Positions 56,297 to 64,000 of a stretch of 64,000 bases of DNA are shown piece after piece (position 1 is the first letter of the stretch; every line of letters starts with the position of its first letter). Position numbers and translations under genes: made by a program. The notes beneath the pieces are model-generated. The model saw nothing but the letters and a program-made list of their open reading frames with translations, was not told the origin of the DNA and ran no database searches. The stretch spans positions 2,666,001 to 2,730,000 of the forward strand of contig NC_043008.1 of assembly GCF_006345805.1 (NCBI RefSeq), given 5' to 3'. The stretch comes from Octopus sinensis. Lineage: Eukaryota.

Positions 56297-59200
56297 GATG
56301 TATAGATAGATAGATATACCCACACACACCCATGTTAACGCCCACATAATCTTTATATATAAATGTGCATGTAGACGTTATGATTCTCTTCCGCACCTAT
56401 ATAGCTAACTGTTAATGATTGCTGGTATTGCAATCAAACTGATCATTCAACCATTTCTACCTTCTACATTATTCGACTTTGTTTGGTGGCACTGGTATGC
56501 CATCTGGTAATCGATCGAAAGAATCTTCGTAAGCCACAATTATAACGGACTTTCCATTCTAAGGACATATTGAAAATGGCGCTGTGTTAGCTCTAATAAA
56601 TATGAAAATGTAAGTCTAAAACCTTTCCTTCATTTCCAGTTAAAAGTGTCAGGAAGAATCATTGACTTCAAATCTGTGCTGAAGAATTATCGGAAAAATT
56701 TCTCGAAATCTCATGTGTTGTTAATTGGTAGTGCAGCTAATATTTCCTGATATTTTCTATTCTTGTATTCTTGTACCATTTTTACAGCGGTCCATTGCGT
56801 ACCACTGTGGGGCACCGCGTTAAGATCATTCATTGATATAAGCGACTGTAGTACAAGCATGTTTTATATCTGATACTTGTTACATCGCCTTCTTTTGTCG
56901 AGCCCTATAAATTCGGGATATTAAATAACCAACACAGACGGCGGGAAAGAAACACGTAGATACAATTACACACAAACGCACATATGAAGAGTAACATAAA
57001 GTATTTGAAATTACACTTCCTTGTTCTATGTTTCATGATTTTCGATGAGAGTGTGATATTGAACATGTTCGGTATATACCAAGTTTTCTGTGTACATTTC
57101 TGTGGTTGTTTATCGTAAATGGATTATGTGGTAGTTTTTTCGATTTTACCGTCTATTCTTACCACTGTAATCTAATTGAAGTAACAGTTGGTTATATTAC
57201 TTGTCTTCTTTTTGCAATGGATATTTTCAAATATTTTTAAATTCGCCCCGAAGAATCTTTATTCGTTGTTACTTTCCTTATGCCATCGACTGTATTTATA
57301 GAATGTAGTTAATTATTCTCTGACCCTCATTAGTTACAGTTAGTTTGCTGTTTCACCCATAACAGACCATTGTTCGTTGATTGCGTAATTTAGAAGACCG
57401 TTTTGATTATTTTTTGTTTTCCTTTTTTTGCTGTTTTTTTTTTTGTTAACCAAAGGTTTCACATCTTTATTTGTGATACTTGCTTGCTTAATATTTTATT
57501 GATATCAGTATTTCTGTTTTTCTATGTTATTTAAAAGATGTTTTGTTGAATCCTTTTGGTTACACAGGTTTTCGCCTATTTATTTTGTTCCTCAATCACT
57601 TCTGAAACCCATTTCCTTTAGTTCCCCGGATTTAATCATTAGTTTTATCAGAAGACTGCTTAAAGTGGGAAGGTTTTGATGGATTTATTTTTGAGGTATT
57701 TCTTTAAAGCAATAATGTAAGTATTCACTTAAAGGAATTTGTACATTAATAGAATGTCAGATGTATTACCTATAAATATTGTTTCTGTTTCTTAAGATAC
57801 ATTTCCGTTGCCCAATGTAATACTCTTTGCATAGATTTTATTCGAAAACAAATTTCATGACCAACAGGTGATCGACTTTTTGAAACAAAGATGTCTCCTT
57901 ATTTGAATTTATAAGACATGAGTTCTCAAAGATTGGTACATTTTCTGTAGCTGAAATAACGAGAGATTTTACAATTGAGAACATGTATTCAATCTGATGT
58001 TCCTACTTACATTTGTTGGGCTAAATTTTCTCTTACGTGTAATTAGTTTATCTTTCTTTTTCTTCTCAAATACGAATTGTGTTACGTATAATTCAACAGA
58101 AGTGAGATATATCGACTTGTATCCAAAAGAAGTTGCTTTTCTCCCCGACGTTCGCTCACACAACTATTCAGAAATCTACTAGAAATCCCATACTAAACTT
58201 ATTCGGTCTGTCGGATGCAACCCGAGAGCACAATTGTTTCAGAGAGAAATCCTTATCCAGAAATTCCTGACATCATCCGCAACACTTGATATTATTTTCT
58301 CACTTGTTTTCTAAAGATTCTAACTTATTAATCGAGGTCCCAGTGAATGGGTTTTTCTATGATATATTTCATGAATCCCTTGTTATTCTTCATAGAAAGA
58401 AAATTGAATGACTGAACTTCAGTAATAGTGAAACTGATTTCATTGCACTCACCGTTGGTTAATTAATGCCATCTTTATAATGGCCGACGTTTGATAAAAT
58501 AAGAGGGCAAATAAAAAAACAATTGACAAAAATTTTAATCTTTCAGCCACCAATATCGTACCAACGAATATAAGCATCACTTAAGAAATATTCTTGGGAA
58601 AAATTTAGTCATTGCTGATATTCTTGCGAAATGCTTATCAACCATAAAATGAAATGAATGTGGATAATTTCATGCCCTATTAACAAGAGGTAATACTTAC
58701 GAAAATCAATGATAGGGAAACTGTTAAATTAAGGAAGTCTGGGGGATATAATCATGTATTACATTAATTTTGTAACTCTGCCTACATGTCAGAATTGAAC
58801 AATGACGGGAGTAATATTCACATAATGCTTATCAGTAAATGGATTTGAAATTCACTTATCGTAGTATTATTTTGGGGTATTACCTAAACAACCGTTTCAG
58901 CTAATATCTATAATGGGACGATGCATTGCCGTATACTTAAAGATTCACAGAAATAACAAGTAACTACTAAAAGTTCAATAGGTGCTTGTGTGTGGGAGTG
59001 TGAATGTGTGTATATGTGCATGTGTATGTGCCTGTGGGTCTGTCTGCGTGTTGGATGGGGTTATATTCATACAATTATAAACCAAAAGAGATCTCGATAC
59101 TACTCTGACTCAAATTGTAAGATGCAACTATAATTCACGAGCCATTTTCTCCTGTCTCTTTCATTCATCCATTTCCTTAATAACAGACTTTTGCATATAT

Positions 59201-59904
59201 ACCAACATTTGTGTTCATATTTCAGAAAATCTTCCATTATATTTCTGAAGAGAGGACCACTTCTTCAAATTGGAGGCACTATTCATAAATTTGTGGGCGT
59301 GTTGCGTCTGTATAGAAATGCATATCAACTTGCCAAGCGTGAAAAACCTCACTCATGCCTCCAATACACAAACATGTGTATCGCATACATGAGCGCGTAT
59401 GGCGCTGCACTTGGACACAATAAATGCATGTGTTTTGCTCTATCTCTGGCAACTGTATTCGGAAACAATGCAACTCTCTTGCTTTCAAAATTTTCTCGCA
59501 TTAAATACAACCTTCTTACTTATGCGGTAGAATTAAAACACATTTGTGGAATTCCTTAACAGTGAGCACATCCTAAATAATAGCAAATATTCTAAGAGAG
59601 GTTAACTACTTTTGTGTTTATTTGGATGGCCAGTTCCTGTATACAAACCGCTGATAGGTTTTTATTCATTTCAACACACAGACTCGCACTAAAGCACTTG
59701 CCAGGGAAGCATATTTCCGAAATATATTACGTGTGTTTTGTGTGTGGGGGAGTCGGTATGGGAGAGAATTCGAAAGTGTCTACGAGTGTAGTGTTGTTAT
59801 TTCTGTATACACACACAAGCACACACTCGTACACACACACACACACACACACAAACACACGCACGGACGCACACACATGCACACACCCAAACACACACAC
59901 ATAT

Positions 59905-60480
59905 ATATGTACATACAACGCTTCTGGACGGTCTTCGCGTTTAAGATAGTGAATGCTGCTATAATCCTTGCCTTCAATTCATCTTTGGTGCTACCAGGAG
60001 TTTTGTTTGGCTCTCGCTCAAATGCACCCCACACATAAAAATTAAGCGGGTTGCAATCAGGTGAGTTTGGTAGCTAGATGTTAGGGGCGGTGTGGCAGCA
60101 GGAATTGTTTGACAGCAATGACTGGGTTCTCCTGCGTGTGTGGCATGGTGCGGAGTCCTGTTGCCAGACCTCCCCCAGGCACTTAGCACAGGCCTTCGTC
60201 TTGAGTCCGAAGCCGTGACGGAAGATGACTAGAAGCATAACATCTCCATCGCTAGTGATCACTCCAAACACTTTGATGTCTACTGGATATTTGATTTTAA
60301 ATCACCCTCGCTACATGTTTTGGGGACACGGCAAGGTATATGTTGTTCTGTGTGTGCTTCCGGCGGGAATAAAATGCAGTAAAGGATGGCTTTTCTAAAT
60401 TCCTGGCAGAGCGAATTGCGTCATGATGCCGCTTTTCTTTCAGACAGTGTCCGACGAAGCCTGCTATACTGTGTAGTCAT
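59905..60480 (-). mobile_element. Tc1-like DDE transposase remnant
   Basis: Minus strand reads MFGVITSDGDVM...VWQQDSAPCHTRRRTQS...PNSPDCNPLNFYVWGAFERE...TKDELKARIIAAF, containing the QQD.APCH and PNSPD.NP motifs. Confidence 0.88.
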
Positions 60481-60485
60481 GAACA

Positions 60486-60535
<50 letters not shown>

Positions 60536-61789
60536 TATATGTGTGTGTGTGTGTGTGGTGTGTGTATATGTGTGTATGTGTGTGTGTTTGCGTGTGTGTG
60601 TGCATACACAGCCACGTGATACACACATACATACATTATACTCTCGATGATATCTGCTGTAGTGGTAGGATTAACATTGATTTCAAATATTGGTACAAGC
60701 TAGCGATCTCAACTTCCAATCGGTCGAGAAAGGATACAAATCAAGGTGGTTGTGTGACATCATAACTCAATGGGGGACAATATGCTGTTCGGCTGACCGC
60801 TTTCGTAGTAGTATTAATGTTAATAACAACCGAAAGAAAGAATATCAATCAGAATCAAACTTAGGATTGCTCCGCATTTTGCTGATGTACTAAATGATTT
60901 AGCTGCGTCTATGTTGTTTCGAACCACGTTTTGGAATTGTTTTTGGTATGAGATGTAAGGATATGTCTACATGCGACTTATCTTCTTGCATGTAACGTAT
61001 ACTGAAACTTTATTTCTATGTGCGTTGTAGAATTGATGGTAATCAATGCTGGAAATCAATTTGTACGTGCAACTACAATTGAATTAACAAAGGCACTACA
61101 GAGGCTTTGAAGTAACGTTCAATGCATGAAAAGCGACAAATAAATTTGTAAGGATATCTGTAAAGAATGATTGCATGTAATAATGAAAGATCGCCATTAC
61201 TTTCCACAGTAAAGTATAAAGTAAAACTGAGAATAATCTGCTTCTAGGTAGTCAGTCAACAAGTTAGAAATAAGGCAAGATCTCTCTCAAAATTGATTCT
61301 ATCATTTATGCTAAAGGAGAAAGTCACAACGGAATAACGAAATTGTTCTAAAAGGAAGCGTTAAACAAAGGATTAATCTCGTTGTGCCGTTTCATTTCAG
61401 ATTTTTCGGAACTTATTGGATCCGGACAATTTTGAACGTTTATGACTAACAGAAACTGAAGAAGTGTATTTGTCTTTTAATAAATTTATTCATCAGTACA
61501 TCCTGTGTCGTTGATAATGGATTTAGTGCGTTTCTTTTGCAATTTCAAAGTCCATCCCCGTAGACCTAGGCTCTCTTCAACGCAAAATTGATTTTGACTG
61601 CATCTGGAACATTAAAAGACCTCTGCTCTCAGGATTTTGCATACACCTCTACCAAATGAAAGTCAAATCGTGCACAGTAAATGTTGCAAGAGATTGCCAC
61701 CAACGCACAGGCACGCTAATTTCACAAACAGGCTGATCCGCTGTGATTGGATGTACATATATATATATATATATACACGAATTAATGGA

Positions 61790-62040
61790 GTCTCCCGTCG
61801 AAGACGATGTATGCACAACTGCCTTGTTTCTATGGATCAAATCCATGTGACATACCTTAGCACACTCCCTCCGTGGAGTCGACGTTGTCGAAACAGGTAC
61901 ACAGTGGGCCGCACGTCGGGTATCGTAGTAGTCTCAGAAGAATGTTAGATGACGTATATTGACCGAGAACACAATGCAATATCTGATCTAGCAATTGAGT
62001 CGTGAGTGCAAAATGTTAACCACGAGGGCAGATAACGATA
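61790..62040 (+). mobile_element. Probable gypsy-type LTR retrotransposon integrase (H2C2 region) relic
   Basis: Plus frame with stops reads CFYGSNPCDIP*...LSKQVHSGPHVGYRSSLRRMLDDVY*PR, resembling G.RVVIP...L..LH.GH.G......R..VYWP. Confidence 0.45.
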
Positions 62041-62103
62041 CGGACAAAGAGCTTTCTGTAATAGCCACGTTATTCTATAGATCCGTTTATTGGTGTCTCT
62101 TTG

Positions 62104-62232
<129 letters not shown>

Positions 62233-62379
62233 CGCACGCATGCACACACACGTACTTACATGCTAACACTCACATACAGGCGCACGCTTAATGTATCGCA
62301 TTTTTGTAAATATTGAAACAAACAAAACCGTTCTTTGTTTGATTTCCTTGGCTCATTCACACCGTAAAATGTCTTCCAC

Positions 62380-63120
62380 CAATTCACCATAATGTTACCC
62401 GTTTCACAAATAGTTATATATTTACTTAAATCTAATTTTTTATATTCATTCCTTCATTTATTTCCCTTATTTTTCCTCTCTTTCTTTCTCACTGACTTTC
62501 ACAAAACTACTCTCTCCTTATTTTTCTCCGCATTCTTTCACGTGTCCACCATTTTAGCTGTTTTTCTTTTTAACTATTCCTCTCAAAATATAAATATGAA
62601 TTTATGTCCGTTTCTCCATTGTTCTCTCTCTCTCTCACTCTCTTTTTCTCTTGCTCTTTTCCTTTGCTTTCTATTTCATTGAGTCTGCACATCTCCCTTT
62701 CTCTGTTTTCTTGTCATCATTTTCTTCGCAATTATTTACTCCGCATTTCTTGTGCTTTCTTTGAATCCCCCCTCTCTCTCCCTGTCTCACTCTTTCTCTC
62801 CCTCCTCTTCCTTTCTCTCTCTCTTCTTTTTTGTTTTCTTGTCTCTCCTCTCTTTCTTTCATTATTTCTTTCTTTCTCTCTCTCTCTCTCTATCCCTCTC
62901 TCTTTCATAATTCTCCATTTATTTGCACATCTCTCTCTGTCTGTTTATCTTTTGAACTTGAATTTTCTTATTTCTTCCTTTCTTAGTATCATCTATTTAT
63001 TCTCCCTCTATTTTTCCTTTCCTTATCGTTCTCTTTTTCTCCCCTTTCTCTATCTCTCTATCTCTCTTTATTTCACTCATCTCTATATCTCTTTTCTTTG
63101 TTTTCCATTCATCAGTTAGC
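62380..63120. repeat. CT-rich (polypyrimidine) low-complexity tract
   Basis: Direct reading; source of the Leu/Ser/Phe-rich ORFs 62392 and 62604. Confidence 0.9.
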
Positions 63121-64000
63121 TCTATTCAATAGTTTATAAATGAAAACTACCACTAACTCTAATTGTTGTACGTTTACCTTTCAGTAACAAGAAGAATTTA
63201 AATTCCCAGATACCAGCAGATATTCCGTTCGATGTACTTGTTTTCCTTTTTTTTATATTTTTCATATTCTTTTTTCATATCGAGATAACTGGTAATATTT
63301 ATTTTTACATTAAATAACATAAAGTACAATATAAAAATAGCTTAATAAATTAAAGATTTATTGTGTGGTATTCGTTGTTGTGGTTGTTGTTATTCTGTAT
63401 ATACCCCCCCCCGTTACTCCCCGTTTTGCCTCTCGCTTAACTAACATCCCACTCTGTCTTCCCTGTTATTCTAAAAAAGATGTCCGTATATATTGAAGGA
63501 GACAATGCATTCCTGCTCAATTGGAGATGGCTGAGTTGTACAATTATGTTTGCCAATGAATATAACAGAAGGGAAAACTTGACAGAAAATATAAATGCTA
63601 ACATTTCTCTTTTTCGTATTTTGAAATAATTTCACATTATTGATTTCTTCAAGAATAAAGGCATGCCTGGAGAGAATCAAACTGAAATCTTGCCTCGTTT
63701 TTATTCCTTTTCTTCTTCTCATTTAACAAACAACGTTTTTCTCTTTCTTTCCCATATTTGTTTTGTTTTTACAATTTAATTTCAACTAGATATTTAAGGC
63801 TTTCAAAACAAAATATAATTTTCTGTCTAATAAGTTTTCTTAAGTAGAACGTTTCTTAGATTCTATTACAACTTCAAGCTAGGAAATATATTCTTACATT
63901 TGATTTTGTTGTTGCTGCTACTGTTGCGGTTGTTGTTGTTGTTAAATTTCTATTTTATTTCTTGTTGTTTTCATAAGGAATATTGGATTTGGATATGGAT

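Noticed and set aside
56610-56639. 30-nt GT-AG segment as an intron
   Set aside because: It is very short, and the flanking frames are not compatible across it.
56770-56809. CACAGTG (minus strand) as a Transib/RAG-like terminal repeat or RSS
   Set aside because: There is no nonamer at 12 or 23 spacing, no partner end, no target duplication and no transposase in the window; a lone heptamer is expected by chance.
61401-61436. DFSELIGSGQF as a kinase glycine-rich loop exon
   Set aside because: All three frames hit stops within about 50 nt and no other kinase motifs are nearby.

Overview
AT-rich, microsatellite-dense eukaryotic DNA. It is most likely from an octopus (coleoid cephalopod), inferred from its tRNA-derived OR1/OR2-like and CORE-type SINE families as I recognise them. 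I cannot support any host protein-coding gene: almost all ORFs in the track are translations of (TA)n, (CA)n, (ATGT)n, (GATA)n or (ATT)n tracts, so the window looks intronic or intergenic, with only unconfirmed splice-site-bounded exon candidates. It is a graveyard of mobile elements: at least 9 SINE copies, Penelope-like (GIY-YIG) remnants, Tx1/L1, RTE and APE-LINE fragments, several Tc1/mariner relics, a non-autonomous Helitron and a probable gypsy integrase relic. The most notable observations are: (1) a ~595-bp direct tandem duplication (46.4-47.6 kb) in which each unit carries one hammerhead-ribozyme motif on each strand; (2) the 3' tail of the most abundant SINE matching (33/41 nt, ungapped) the 3' end of a Tx1/L1 LINE that sits inside a (GATA)n array; (3) a tRNA-like Pol III head upstream of a minimal hammerhead at a Penelope 3' end; (4) two long inverted repeats that could form dsRNA. 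All protein-family calls come from motif recognition by eye, not database searches.
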